A stretch of 64,000 bases of DNA from Erysipelotrichaceae bacterium (GTDB lineage Bacteria; Bacillota_I; Bacilli_A; RFN20; CAG-826), in assembly GCA_015058945.1 (NCBI GenBank), contig SVBF01000011.1:12527-76526 (forward strand), given 5' to 3'. Numbering within the stretch: the first letter of the stretch is position 1; each line of letters opens with the position of its first letter. Positions 35,177 to 45,412 of this stretch are shown here, piece by piece. A model generated the notes under the pieces. The model saw only the letters and a program-made list of their open reading frames with translations, ran no database searches and was not told where the DNA came from. A program made the position numbers and the translations under genes.

Positions 35177-36555
35177 TTCTTCTTCGCCTTGGCGGCGTAG
35201 ACCTTATTGGTCTGCTCGCGCACTTTTTCCTTAATGGCCTTGCGGCGGTATTTGCCCGCGACTTTCTCGAGCGCTTTGCGTCGCTTTGCCTTATAGCCCG
35301 GCTTGACCTTATCGGTCGCGGTCTTGGCCTTGGCGATGGAGATGTCGCGCTTCTGGTCTTCGGAGATCTCGTGCTTGAAGCGGATCTCGCGTTTCTTGAG
35401 AAAAGAGCCATCGGTCGGGACGAGGGAATCGGACTTCAACGTGTAATAGTCGAATTCGGTGCCTTGGGCGAGCAAGGCTTTGGCCCTTCTTAGCTCATCG
35501 GCGTTATAGAAGATCCAGGAATCGCCCGTTTTGCCAAACCGCCCGGTCCTGCCGGCGCGGTGGTAATAATAGGAAAGGTCGCTCGGGAGGTCCAAGGAGA
35601 TGACGTCGCTGACGTCGTCGATGTCGATGCCCCTTGCGAGAAGGTCGGAGGCTACGACGACCGGGTACTCGTTCGATTTGATCTTGCGCAGGGCCTGTTT
35701 CCTTTCCCTGGCGTCCAGATCGCCGGAAAAAGCCACCGCTTCCACCCCGAGTTCCCTGAGATGGGCATAGGCGGCGTTCACGTCCTCTTTCTTTGAGGCG
35801 AACACCAGCGCGAGATAGGGACGGCGGATACGCAGGAAGCGGTCGAGGGCCTCGAGTTTACCGATGTGCTTGACGTCGACGAAATGGTGGGCGACGCCGC
35901 TTGCGGTCTTATGGTCCTCGCCTTCATAAAGGAAGCGCGCGTCGACATAGCGTTCCAAGTTGGCCTTAAGCTCTTGGTTTAGCGTCGCGGAGAAGACCAT
36001 GGTCTGGGTCCCTTCCTTTAATTCGGAGAAGATCGCGTCGATGTCATCGAAATAGCCGAGCTCCATGAGCATGTCGGCCTCATCGATGACCAAGGTTTTG
36101 ACGCCTTGGAGCGGCAAGGCGCGGTTATCGACGAGGATGTCCTTGGCGCGCCCTGGGGTGGCGACAATGAGGTGGGGCGCCGCGTCGTTACTACGGCCGC
36201 TTACGCCCTCGAGGTTTTGGGTCTTCTCGGTTTCGCTAGTGAAAAGACGCACCTTGAATTTGGGGAAGAATTTGGTGAAGGCAAAGGCGAATTCGTAGAC
36301 CTGACGGGCCAATTCGCGGGAAGGACAAAGGACGATCGCCTGGGTGCGGGGCAGATTCAAATCCGTCTTGGCCAAAATGGGGACCAAATAGGAATGGGTC
36401 TTGCCCGAGCCGGTCTCGCTTTGGCAGACTAGTGACGCGCCCGTAAGTGCCTTCGGGATGACGCGGAGCTGGACGGGCGAAGGGTTATCGTAGCCAAGCT
36501 TATGCAAGGCGGACACGAGTTCGGGACTTAGGTTTAACGAGGCGAAGGTTGTCAT
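35173..36555 (-). CDS. cshB: DEAD-box ATP-dependent RNA helicase (CshB/YqfR-like)
   Basis: The Q-motif region, QSETGSGKTHSYL (motif I), VIDEADMLM (DEAD) and SAT, plus a basic C-terminal tail. It is adjacent to nfo, as for B. subtilis yqfR. Confidence 0.85.
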   Translation of the reverse strand: MTTFASLNLSPELVSALHKLGYDNPSPVQLRVIPKALTGASLVCQSETGSGKTHSYLVPILAKTDLNLPRTQAIVLCPSRELARQVYEFAFAFTKFFPKFKVRLFTSETEKTQNLEGVSGRSNDAAPHLIVATPGRAKDILVDNRALPLQGVKTLVIDEADMLMELGYFDDIDAIFSELKEGTQTMVFSATLNQELKANLERYVDARFLYEGEDHKTASGVAHHFVDVKHIGKLEALDRFLRIRRPYLALVFASKKEDVNAAYAHLRELGVEAVAFSGDLDARERKQALRKIKSNEYPVVVASDLLARGIDIDDVSDVISLDLPSDLSYYYHRAGRTGRFGKTGDSWIFYNADELRRAKALLAQGTEFDYYTLKSDSLVPTDGSFLKKREIRFKHEISEDQKRDISIAKAKTATDKVKPGYKAKRRKALEKVAGKYRRKAIKEKVREQTNKVYAAKAKKK

Positions 36556-36607
36556 AGGCTAATATTAGGGAAGTTTCTTCCCTTTTGCCACCGAATAAGG
36601 CAAATTA

Positions 36608-37480
36608 ATGGGGATGAAAGTTCGTACCCTCGTCCCCCACGGTTATTGCCTCGGCGTCAATTCGGCCCTCACCCTCGCCCTTAAGGCCAAGAAGGACCAC
36701 CCGGATCAAGACGTCTATCTTTTGGGTTTGCTCGTCCATAACGAGGAGGCGATGGATTTCCTCGTCTCTCATGGTCTGATTCCCATCGATGAGCGCAAGA
36801 CGCCTTTGCTCGACGCGATCTTAGGCATGAAACGCGGCGACGTCGTCGTCTTCTCCGCCCATGGCCACCCCGAGGCCTATGACGATCTGGCCAAAGAAAA
36901 AGGACTCGTCGTCTATGACGCGACCTGCCGCTACGTCAAAGAGAACCTCGAATGCGGGCTAGTTGCCCCCACCCCGGTCCTCTATATCGGCGTGGAGGGG
37001 CACCTCGAATCGGAGGCCTTCCTCGCCAATTGCCCCGAGGCCACCTTCTACGACGTAAAGTCGCGGCGAAGCGATTTGATCGGGCTACGCGGCAAGACGC
37101 CCACCCCCACCATCATCACCCAGACCACCTTGTCCTCCCTTGAGGTCGAGGACGCCCTAGACGAAATCCGGGCGATCTTCCCTCACGCCGTCCTCACCAA
37201 GGAACGTTGCCATAGCACCTCGCTCCGCCAAAAGGCGATCCAAGATCTCCCTAGCGGGGTCGACGCGCTGATCGTCCTTGGCTCTTCCCGCAGCAACAAT
37301 TCGGTCAAACTCGCCGAACTAGGCAAAGCCAAAGGCATCGACACCTATCTTTGCCTCGGCCTTGAGGACGTGATGAAACTGAACCTCGAAAACAAAAAGG
37401 AGGTCGCTCTTTCTAGCGGCGCCTCCACTTCCGAAGCGACCTATCAGGCCGTCCTCACTTATCTTTGTTCTCAAGCCTAA
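36608..37480 (+). CDS. ispH: 4-hydroxy-3-methylbut-2-enyl diphosphate reductase
   Basis: PHGYCLGVNSAL, LLVHNEE and VFSAHGH are IspH/LytB motifs. Confidence 0.9.
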   Translation: MGMKVRTLVPHGYCLGVNSALTLALKAKKDHPDQDVYLLGLLVHNEEAMDFLVSHGLIPIDERKTPLLDAILGMKRGDVVVFSAHGHPEAYDDLAKEKGLVVYDATCRYVKENLECGLVAPTPVLYIGVEGHLESEAFLANCPEATFYDVKSRRSDLIGLRGKTPTPTIITQTTLSSLEVEDALDEIRAIFPHAVLTKERCHSTSLRQKAIQDLPSGVDALIVLGSSRSNNSVKLAELGKAKGIDTYLCLGLEDVMKLNLENKKEVALSSGASTSEATYQAVLTYLCSQA

Positions 37481-38153
37481 GCTGAATCTGACCCGCGATG
37501 GCGCGATAGGCCGCCAAATAGGCGTCGCGCCTTTCTTTTGGCAGATTCGGTGCGTTAAGCAATTTGGACACTTTGTTCTTTTGGACCGATAGCCATTCGT
37601 CGAAGATCGCCTCGCCGTGCTTCAAAAGATAAGGTCCGAAGGCGAGCTCGTTGTTCGTGTAGGGACGTTCGGGGAAGCCGCGGACGAACTTGATGATCGT
37701 GTAATAGACCTTATCCTCATAGACCATCGCCTCCTCCTCGATATGGAAGCCGAGTTCGGAGACCCTTTTCCTCACGGCGATCAAATCGCGATGGGGATCC
37801 ATGATGATCGTCGAGACGTTGACGAGCTTCTCCGGATGGGATTCGAGGATCTCGCAGCTAAGCAAACCGCCCATGCCGCAGACGGCGAGGGTGTCGACGC
37901 CTTGGGAAAGGAGGGTGATGCCGTCGCTTAGGGAACAGAGGATATGGTTGGCCGCGCCGGACTTCGCCACGTTCTCCTTCATGCGCATGAAAGGACCGAC
38001 TTTGTTATCGATCGCTTGGGCCCACTCGATCTTACCGGTTTCTACCAGGTGGATCGGGAGCCATGCGTGGTCGCTGCCCACATCCGCCAAATAGGCGCCC
38101 TTAGGCACGAAGGAGGCGATGGTGAGCAAGCGCTTGGAGAGACGTTTTGGCAT
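37455..38153 (-). CDS. trmK: tRNA (adenine22-N1)-methyltransferase TrmK
   Basis: LADVGSDHAWLPIHL and VCGMGG. It lies downstream of sigA, as for B. subtilis yqfN. Confidence 0.85.
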   Translation of the reverse strand: MPKRLSKRLLTIASFVPKGAYLADVGSDHAWLPIHLVETGKIEWAQAIDNKVGPFMRMKENVAKSGAANHILCSLSDGITLLSQGVDTLAVCGMGGLLSCEILESHPEKLVNVSTIIMDPHRDLIAVRKRVSELGFHIEEEAMVYEDKVYYTIIKFVRGFPERPYTNNELAFGPYLLKHGEAIFDEWLSVQKNKVSKLLNAPNLPKERRDAYLAAYRAIAGQIQLRLENKDK

Positions 38154-38207
38154 TGGCGTGTCCTGCTATGACGAAAACCCCGCCGGGGCGAGGTTTCCTA
38201 GTCGATC

Positions 38208-39524
38208 TTATCTGCGTCCCCTGCCATCGCCGGGAAGGATGCCGTCGCGATAGTCGCCGAGCTTCTTGGCGCGGGTTGGATGGCGGAGCTTGCGGATGGC
38301 CTTGGCCTCGATTTGACGGATACGCTCACGGGTGACGCCGAATTCGCGGCCGACTTCCTCGAGGGTTCTCGGGCGGTTGTCGTCGAGGCCGTAACGGAGG
38401 CGCAAGACGCGCTCCTCGCGGTCGGTGAGGTCTTTCATGATCTCGTAGAGCTCTTCTTTGAGGAGGCTCTTGGTGGTGTATTCCTCGGGGGATTGGGCGT
38501 CGGCGTCGGCGATGAAGTCGCCAAGGCGGGAATCGTCCTCCTCGCCGATCGGAGTCTCCAAGGAAACCGGTTCGAGGGCGATGCGCTGGATCTCGCGGAT
38601 GCGTTCCGGGGACAAAGCGCCTTCCATCTTCTCGGAGATTTCCTCCGCGGTCGGTTCGCGGCCGAGTTCCTGAACCAGCTGACGCTGGACGCGGGTCATC
38701 TTGTTGATGGTCTCGACCATGTGGACCGGGATGCGGACGGTGCGGGCTTGGTCGGCGATCGCGCGGGTGATGGCCTGACGGATCCACCAGGTCGCGTAGG
38801 TGGAGAATTTGAAGCCTTTGGTATAGTCGAATTTTTCGACGGCTTTGATTAGTCCGAGGTTACCTTCCTGAATGAGGTCGAGGAAGTGCATGCCCCTACC
38901 GACGTAATGCTTGGCGATGGAGATGACGAGGCGGAGGTTGGCGTTGATGAGCTGATCCTTGGCCTCTTTGCCGTCCTCGATCTGTTCCGGGGTGGCGTCG
39001 GGGGCGTTGCCGGCGACGATGCGCTTCGCGAGTTCGGTCTCTTCGGCGGCGGTCAATAAGTCGACCTTGCCGATTTCCTTGAGGTACATCTTGACGGAGT
39101 CGTTGACCTTGACCTCGCCCATGGTGATGCGGGAGAAATCGGTGATGGCGGCGACTTCCTTTTCCTCGTCGGAGAGGCCTTCGCCGTCTTCGTCGGCGTC
39201 GATTTCGTCCTCCTCCATCTCCTTTTCGGCGTCCTCAAAGGATTCGGGGACGTCCATTTCCATGGCGAGTTCCTCGTCGCCTTGGGGTTCGTCGGATTCG
39301 ATCTCGACGCCGTTTTTGCGGAAGAAGTCGATAAGGTTTTCGAAATCCTCGTCGCTCAGATCGAGGTGCGCGGTGGCTTCCATGATGTCGTCGGTGTTGA
39401 CGTAGCCCTGCTCTTTCCCTTTTTTAAGGAAATTCTTCTTGATGGTCTCGAGGGAGACGATTTCCTCATCGGGTTCGATGATCGGCGCGTCCTCGAGATT
39501 CAATTCTTCTTTCTTTTTCGCCAT
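38208..39524 (-). CDS. sigA: RNA polymerase primary sigma factor
   Basis: An acidic region 1 is followed by [30 protein letters not shown] (region 2.4/3) and [27 protein letters not shown] (region 4.2). Confidence 0.97.
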   Translation of the reverse strand: MAKKKEELNLEDAPIIEPDEEIVSLETIKKNFLKKGKEQGYVNTDDIMEATAHLDLSDEDFENLIDFFRKNGVEIESDEPQGDEELAMEMDVPESFEDAEKEMEEDEIDADEDGEGLSDEEKEVAAITDFSRITMGEVKVNDSVKMYLKEIGKVDLLTAAEETELAKRIVAGNAPDATPEQIEDGKEAKDQLINANLRLVISIAKHYVGRGMHFLDLIQEGNLGLIKAVEKFDYTKGFKFSTYATWWIRQAITRAIADQARTVRIPVHMVETINKMTRVQRQLVQELGREPTAEEISEKMEGALSPERIREIQRIALEPVSLETPIGEEDDSRLGDFIADADAQSPEEYTTKSLLKEELYEIMKDLTDREERVLRLRYGLDDNRPRTLEEVGREFGVTRERIRQIEAKAIRKLRHPTRAKKLGDYRDGILPGDGRGRR

Positions 39525-39529
39525 GGTGT

Positions 39530-41353
39530 TTATCCTTTCTTGGGCCTACGAGCCCATTTTTCCCTTACTTTGGCGGCGAACTCCTTGTTCGCCTGCGCCC
39601 CGGATTCGATGCTGCCTTGATCGATGGCGCGCTTGGTCTGCAGCCGTTCCCCCATCAGCTTGGACTCCTCCGCGATGACGGTCGCGCAGTCGGAGAGGGC
39701 TTTGTCGTTGAAGGGCGGCAAGGTGGTGTCGGTCGCTATAAGCGACACTTGGTCGGAGAGTTTGTCGGCGTCGTCGATCCCGCTCCCCTCGATCGAGGCG
39801 ATGAGGAGGCTTAGGTCCGGGTCGCCCTCATGGTTTTCCCGAAACTCCAGGAGGAATTCGGAGATCGTGCGGTAGAGCGAGGCGCTGGAGAAGGTCTCGA
39901 CGTGCTTTTCGAAGTAATCGATCGCCTCGCGGCTTAGCAGCATGTAATGGAGCAAGGCGCGTTCGGCGTTTTCGAGGCGGCTTAGCATTCGCGCTAGGCC
40001 TGGGCCGGAAGTCTGGTCGACCCTAGGTATCTCGAGCGTTACGCCGTCATCGATCAATTCGGTCTTGGGGTTTTGCCGGACCAATTCGCGGATGGCCTCG
40101 GCTTGGTAGCCGGTGGCGTCGGCGATTTTGACCAGCATGTCCTCGAACTCGATGCCCGCGGGACGTTCCCGTAAATATGGGAGGAAGGCCATGAGGACCT
40201 TCTTCCGCTCCTCGGCGGTCTCGAGTTTTCGGCTATGGGTGTAATAGGCGAGCTGGAAGTCGATCGGCTCGATGAGCCGTTCCATCTTGGCTTTGAGCGC
40301 CTCCGCACCGTCTTGGCGGAGGATGTCGTCAGGGTCGCGCAGGTCGCCTTGGTAGTCGACGAAGCGGCATCGGACGCCGCTTTTCGCTAAAAGCGACGCG
40401 GCTTTCATCATCGCGGCCTGTCCCGGGCCGTCGCCGTCGAGGCACATGCGTATCTCGCATCGTAACCTCTTTAGCATCTGCACCTGTTGGGGCGTTAACG
40501 CGGTCCCCATCAAGGCGACGGCGTTCGGGATGCCCGCCTTATCGAGGGCCATGACGTCCATGAACCCCTCGAGGACGTAGCAATATCCGTCGCGTCGTGC
40601 GCTATCGACCACATTATGGTAGTTATAGAGCACGTTTCCTTTATGGAAGAGCTGCGTTTCGGGCGAGTTGACGTACTTGGACGTCCCGTCGTCTTTGATG
40701 CGCCGGGCCGAGAAGCCGACCACCTGCCCTTTCGCGTCCCTTAACGGGAAGATGACGCGTCCGGCGTTATGGTCGCTCGTGGTTTCGCCATGAGCCAAGG
40801 CGATGCCGATGTCGTCGATGGATTTGAGGGAATGGCCTTTGGCCTGAAGGAACTTGACCGTGAGTTGGCCGTCCTTAGGCGCGTAGCCGATGCCATATTT
40901 CTCTTGCGTCGCGGCGTCGAGGTCGCGTCCGAGCAGGTATTGCCGCGCCTCTTCCCCTTCGGGGATGCTTAAGGCGTAACGGTAATAGTTCTGCAGGTCG
41001 TTGATACAATCGTAGAGCTTCGTCAGCGCGGGGTTTACGGGTGCCTTTGGGGCGTCCTCGACAAGTCGAGGGTCGTCGTAGTTGCAGATCTTCGCCACTT
41101 TGCGCAAGGCGGCGGCGAAGGGGATCTTCTCGTACTTCTCCACGAAGCTGATGGCGTTACCGCCGGTGCCGCAGACGAAGCATTTGAAGATCTGCTTCTC
41201 GGTGGAGATTTGCATCGACGGGTTTTTGTCGTCGTGGAAGGGACAGAGCGCGACGTAGTTTCGTCCTTTCTTCTCCACCGGGATATAAGCGGAGATCACC
41301 TGTACGATATCCGCATGTTTCAAAACGGCTTCGACCAAATCTTGGTTGTACAT
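39530..41353 (-). CDS. dnaG: DNA primase
   Basis: Zinc finger [25 protein letters not shown] and the Toprim motif EGFMDVMAL. Confidence 0.95.
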   Translation of the reverse strand: MYNQDLVEAVLKHADIVQVISAYIPVEKKGRNYVALCPFHDDKNPSMQISTEKQIFKCFVCGTGGNAISFVEKYEKIPFAAALRKVAKICNYDDPRLVEDAPKAPVNPALTKLYDCINDLQNYYRYALSIPEGEEARQYLLGRDLDAATQEKYGIGYAPKDGQLTVKFLQAKGHSLKSIDDIGIALAHGETTSDHNAGRVIFPLRDAKGQVVGFSARRIKDDGTSKYVNSPETQLFHKGNVLYNYHNVVDSARRDGYCYVLEGFMDVMALDKAGIPNAVALMGTALTPQQVQMLKRLRCEIRMCLDGDGPGQAAMMKAASLLAKSGVRCRFVDYQGDLRDPDDILRQDGAEALKAKMERLIEPIDFQLAYYTHSRKLETAEERKKVLMAFLPYLRERPAGIEFEDMLVKIADATGYQAEAIRELVRQNPKTELIDDGVTLEIPRVDQTSGPGLARMLSRLENAERALLHYMLLSREAIDYFEKHVETFSSASLYRTISEFLLEFRENHEGDPDLSLLIASIEGSGIDDADKLSDQVSLIATDTTLPPFNDKALSDCATVIAEESKLMGERLQTKRAIDQGSIESGAQANKEFAAKVREKWARRPKKG

Positions 41354-41417
41354 AGGACCTCCTTTCTTATACTTTGTATAATATCTACTAAGTTTTAACT
41401 AGGTTTTTCCTAGCAAA

Positions 41418-42803
41418 TCACATGAAGCATTTATCTTCGAGATAGCCGAGGACTTCCTCGATCTTCATGCGGGTCTGTTCCATCGAATCGCGGTCGCGGA
41501 TGGTGACGGTGCCATCTTCCACGGTTTGGAAGTCGATGGTGACGCAGTATGGGGTGCCGATCTCGTCCTGGCGGCGATAACGCTTGCCGATGGAGCCGGT
41601 CTCGTCATAGGTGACGGTGAGGCGCTTATTGAGCAAAGCGAGCACTTCCTCCGCTTTGTCCGAGAGTTTCTTGGACAAGGGAAGGACGGCCGCCTTATAA
41701 GGCGCAAGCGCGGGAATCAAATGGAGCACCACCCTGCTATCGTCCTCTTTGAGCTGCTCGACGTCATAGGCGTCGACGAGGGTCATGAGCATCAAGCGGT
41801 CCAAACCCATCGAAGGTTCGATGCAATACGGGACGTAACGCTCATTGGTCTCGGGGTCGAAATAGGTCAGGTCTGCTTTGGAGTAGTCCTGATGGCGCTT
41901 CAAGTCGTAATCGGTGCGGTCGGCGATGCCGAGGATTTCGCCCCACCCTAAGGTCGGGAAGTCGTATTCGACGTCGGTGGTCGCCTTGGAATAGAAGGCG
42001 AGTTCGGCCTGCTCATGGTCGCGGTAACGGAGGTTTTCGGCCTTCACGCCGAGCGACTCAACAAAGTTGAGGCAGTACTGCTTCCAATAGGAGAACCATT
42101 CGAGGTCGGTGTCCGGCTTGCAGAAGAATTCCATCTCGAGCTGTTCGAATTCCCTGGTGCGGAAGGTGAAGTTCCCCGGGGTGATCTCGTTGCGGAAGCT
42201 CTTGCCGGCGTTGCAGATGCCGAACGGGAGCTTCTTACGCGTGACGCGCTGGACGTTACGGAAGTTCACGAAGACGCCCTGGGCGGTCTCGGGACGGAGA
42301 TATACCGTCGAAGACGGGGTGTCGTCCTCAAAGACGCCGAGATGGGTCTTGAACATCATGTTGAACTTGCGGATCGGGGTGAAGTCGCTCTTGCCGCAAT
42401 TGGGGCAGACCATCTTATGCTCGGCCATGAACTTGTCCATTTCGGCGTAATCCATGCCCTCGACGTCGACTTCGGGGTATTCGCTGTGGATGAGGTTATC
42501 CGCGCGATGGCGCGCTTTGCACGCCTTGCAGTCCACCATCGGGTCGTTGAAGGTCGAGACGTGGCCGGTGGCTTCCCAGACGCGGGAATTCATCAAGATG
42601 GCCGAGTCGATGCCGACGTTGGTGGGCGACTCCTGGACGAACTTCTTCCACCAGAGGTCCTTGATGTTGCGCTTTAGTTCCGCGCCCAAGGGACCATAGT
42701 CCCAAGTGTTGGAAAGTCCGCCGTAGATCGCCGATCCTTGGAAGACGTAGCCGGTGTTTTGCAGGTGCTGCGTGACCGTTTCAAAATCAAATCTATTCGC
42801 CAT
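41418..42803 (-). CDS. glyQS: Glycine--tRNA ligase (alpha2 type)
   Basis: ATG at 42803 lies 9 nt after AGGAGG. Motifs: [19 protein letters not shown] and [25 protein letters not shown]. Confidence 0.93.
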   Translation of the reverse strand: MANRFDFETVTQHLQNTGYVFQGSAIYGGLSNTWDYGPLGAELKRNIKDLWWKKFVQESPTNVGIDSAILMNSRVWEATGHVSTFNDPMVDCKACKARHRADNLIHSEYPEVDVEGMDYAEMDKFMAEHKMVCPNCGKSDFTPIRKFNMMFKTHLGVFEDDTPSSTVYLRPETAQGVFVNFRNVQRVTRKKLPFGICNAGKSFRNEITPGNFTFRTREFEQLEMEFFCKPDTDLEWFSYWKQYCLNFVESLGVKAENLRYRDHEQAELAFYSKATTDVEYDFPTLGWGEILGIADRTDYDLKRHQDYSKADLTYFDPETNERYVPYCIEPSMGLDRLMLMTLVDAYDVEQLKEDDSRVVLHLIPALAPYKAAVLPLSKKLSDKAEEVLALLNKRLTVTYDETGSIGKRYRRQDEIGTPYCVTIDFQTVEDGTVTIRDRDSMEQTRMKIEEVLGYLEDKCFM

Positions 42804-42858
42804 GTCGCGAATCCTCCTGATGTAAAGAAATTTCTTAGGGGCCAAAAGAGGCTGCGCA

Positions 42859-42888
42859 ATTATGCTCCCCTATATATAAGTGAGTCAA
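42859..42888 (-). promoter_or_regulatory. Sigma-A-type promoter for glyQS
   Basis: The minus strand reads TTGACT-N18-CATAAT, about 55 nt upstream of the ATG. Confidence 0.45.
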
Positions 42889-42914
42889 CCCTTTTTTCGT
42901 GAATTGAATGTCTA

Positions 42915-43649
42915 TCAATACTTAAGTATTGCTTCAAATGACCTCAGTCGAATATTTAGTGCATCGTGCACAAAGTGAAGCAATTCGATGAGGATCGGCC
43001 GCCGGGAATTTTCGGGATATTCGACGCGCTTCAAATCCTCCAAGGGGCAGCGGAACGCGTGACGGTAGACCTTGAGTTCGTCGGCATTGCGGGGAGATGC
43101 CCCCACACTAGGCAAACAATCCGCGCAGAGGAAACCGCCCTGGGTGAAGTCGAAGCCGACGATGTCGCTTCTCTTGCCGCAGACGACGCAATGGTCCACT
43201 TCTAATCCATAGCCCGAGAGGCGGAGCATCTGGGCGAGGAACATGATGGATACCGAAAATGGCTCATGGCCCTCGCTAAGGCTCTCTAAGGCGCCGCGAA
43301 GGACGAAATAGCCCCTAGGAGCGTCTTCTTCGGGAAGGCAGCGTAAACAGTACTCCAGGCACATGGACGCGCTTAGAAGGGCTTCCAGACCGCTTTTTGG
43401 GGCGAATAGATCGACCATCTTCCCCTCCCGTAACGTTAGTGAGCCGGAAGAGGAGACGACGAGGTTATATTTTCCCAAAGTGAGCTCTTGGGTAGCGAAA
43501 GAGGTCGCGCCCCCTATTTTTAATGCGCCGCGGGCGTAAAAGGTGAAGAAACCCTTCTCCCCCAGGGCGCGGATCATGGCGTCATGTTCCTTTTGGGGGA
43601 TGCGGGAGAGGACGATGCCGGAATATTCCTCGATCTTAGCGGTCGCCAT
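42915..43649 (-). CDS. recO: DNA repair protein RecO
   Basis: 244 aa with an OB-fold N-terminus and a C-terminal CVVCG...LCADC zinc motif. It follows era. Confidence 0.88.
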   Translation of the reverse strand: MATAKIEEYSGIVLSRIPQKEHDAMIRALGEKGFFTFYARGALKIGGATSFATQELTLGKYNLVVSSSGSLTLREGKMVDLFAPKSGLEALLSASMCLEYCLRCLPEEDAPRGYFVLRGALESLSEGHEPFSVSIMFLAQMLRLSGYGLEVDHCVVCGKRSDIVGFDFTQGGFLCADCLPSVGASPRNADELKVYRHAFRCPLEDLKRVEYPENSRRPILIELLHFVHDALNIRLRSFEAILKY

Positions 43650-44517
43650 AGCCGATGTCTTGGAGGGCTTTGGGCGAATCGCGCCAGCCCGGGATCACGT
43701 CGACTTGCAATTCGAGCGAGGCGATGTGGCGCTTCCACATGCGCTCGAGTTCTTGCCTCGCGGCGAAAGAAAGCTTCTTGATCATCGACCCGCCTTTGCC
43801 GATCACGATGCCCTTATGGTTCTCCTTATCTAGGATAAGGGTCGCGCGGAGGAGGATGCCCTCCTGCTTTTCTTTGATGGAATCGATCTTCACCGCAGAG
43901 CTATGCGGGATCTCGTCGCGGAGGAAATGGAGCATCTTCTCGCGGATGACTTCCTTCGCCTGATAGGACATGTCCTTGTCGGTGATCATGTCATGGGGAT
44001 AAAACGGCATGTCGGAGGAAAGTAGCGGAATGACCGCTTCCTTGATCTCCTTAAGGCCGAAGTTCTCTTTGAGGGAGGCCTCGATGATCGGACATTCGGG
44101 GAAACGCTCCTGGATGGCCTCGATCTTTTCCTTCCCCTCCTCGGGGCGGATCAAGTCGATCTTGTTGAGGACGAAGATGCGCGGGGCATCGGAGGAAATG
44201 CTTGAGACGATGCGGAAATCCTCCTCGAGGTCCTTTTTGGAGGCGTCGAGGAGATAAAGGATGGCGTCGACGTCGCGGCTAGAGGAAAAAGCGCTGCGGC
44301 GCATATGGGAATCGAGCTTACGCTCACCGGTATGGATGCCCGGAGTGTCGACGAAGACGATCTGGATCCCCTTCTCCTCGTAGATACCCGAAATCGCGTC
44401 GCGGGTCGTCTGGGCTTTGGGCGAGACGATCGAGACTTTCTTGCTGAGCATCGCGTTGAGCAAGGTGCTCTTGCCGACGTTGGGTCGGCCTAAGATGGCG
44501 ACGAATCCGGCTTTCAT
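43636..44517 (-). CDS. era: GTPase Era
   Basis: GRPNVGKSTLLN (G1), DTPG and NKID, plus a C-terminal KH domain (VIGKGGSMIKK). Confidence 0.95.
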   Translation of the reverse strand: MKAGFVAILGRPNVGKSTLLNAMLSKKVSIVSPKAQTTRDAISGIYEEKGIQIVFVDTPGIHTGERKLDSHMRRSAFSSSRDVDAILYLLDASKKDLEEDFRIVSSISSDAPRIFVLNKIDLIRPEEGKEKIEAIQERFPECPIIEASLKENFGLKEIKEAVIPLLSSDMPFYPHDMITDKDMSYQAKEVIREKMLHFLRDEIPHSSAVKIDSIKEKQEGILLRATLILDKENHKGIVIGKGGSMIKKLSFAARQELERMWKRHIASLELQVDVIPGWRDSPKALQDIGYGDR

Positions 44518-44915
44518 AGGTCGCGTCCGTCGAAGGCTAAGGGCAACAGCTCGTCGGCGTTGGTGGTGAGACGCGCGGTACCGAGGTTAGCGAGATAAAT
44601 CGGGGCGTCATGGGGAAAGAGCTCATGGATGACCTGACGGCAGGCGCCACAAGGAGAGCAAGGGCCCTCGGTGTCGGCGACGATCGCCAAGGCGACCATG
44701 TCGTCGGCGGTCTTGCCGTCCATCATGGCACAGTAGATGGCGTTGCGCTCCGCGCACATGCATAACGGATAGGAGGCGTTTTCGACGTTCGCGCCGATAT
44801 AGACGCTGCCATCGCGACAGGCGAGCGCCGCCCCCACCGCGAATTTGGAATAAGGCGAATAGCTGCGGGATCTCGCGTCTTTCGCGATCTGGATCAATTC
44901 TTCTTTGCCGATCAT
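44514..44915 (-). CDS. cdd: Cytidine deaminase
   Basis: CAERNAIYCAM and PCGACRQV are the zinc ligands; length is 133 aa. Confidence 0.92.
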   Translation of the reverse strand: MIGKEELIQIAKDARSRSYSPYSKFAVGAALACRDGSVYIGANVENASYPLCMCAERNAIYCAMMDGKTADDMVALAIVADTEGPCSPCGACRQVIHELFPHDAPIYLANLGTARLTTNADELLPLAFDGRDL

Positions 44916-45379
44916 CGTTTGGCCTCCTTATAGGCGTCAAGTATCTTGTCTTGAAGCGGGAACATGACGTCCTCGTCCTCTTTTTTCATGTGGTCGTAAC
45001 CGAGCAAGTGGAGCAACCCGTGGACGAAGAGGAAGCTTAGCTCCCTCTCGGGGGTGTTGCCGATCTCCTTGGCCTGTTCCAAGGCGCGGGGGACGCAGAT
45101 GAAGATCTCCCCGAGCATGCGGGGGACGTCATCCCCATTGATCATGCCGAGGGCGCTATCGTCGTCCTCGAAGGCGAAGCTGATGACGTCGGTCACCCGG
45201 TCCACCTTGCGGTATTCGCGGTTGATGCGATGGATCTCTTCCTCATCCACGAGGGAGACGTCGACTTCGTAGTTCTTCTTCACGCCGAGCAACGAAAAGG
45301 TCAGCGACATCAGTTCTTCGTAGACGGTTTCAAGGGCATCATAGGCCTCGTCGAGGCGGTTATCGAAACTGAATTCCAT
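44912..45379 (-). CDS. ybeY: Endoribonuclease YbeY (rRNA maturation)
   Basis: HGLLHLLGYDH is the metal motif. ATG at 45379 is chosen as the start. The tracked start 45397 is a GTG inside the AGGTGG, so the start is uncertain by 6 codons. Confidence 0.88.
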   Translation of the reverse strand: MEFSFDNRLDEAYDALETVYEELMSLTFSLLGVKKNYEVDVSLVDEEEIHRINREYRKVDRVTDVISFAFEDDDSALGMINGDDVPRMLGEIFICVPRALEQAKEIGNTPERELSFLFVHGLLHLLGYDHMKKEDEDVMFPLQDKILDAYKEAKR

Positions 45380-45412
45380 GTGGCAACATATTACCACCTA
45401 AAGCAAAGCCCC

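Noticed and set aside
36567-36583. The hairpin AGGGAAG-TTT-CTTCCCT followed by TTTTG, in the divergent cshB/ispH promoter region.
   Set aside because: It is terminator-like but has no upstream co-directional gene. It may be a 5'-UTR structure of ispH. The evidence is insufficient for any call.
42804-42914. Possible T-box leader upstream of glyQS. I also checked for one upstream of hisS.
   Set aside because: The spacer is only ~110 nt and the predicted 5' UTR about 55 nt. There is no AGAGA/T-box (..GGTGGTACCGCG..) sequence and no terminator/antiterminator pair. hisS starts 24 nt after relA.
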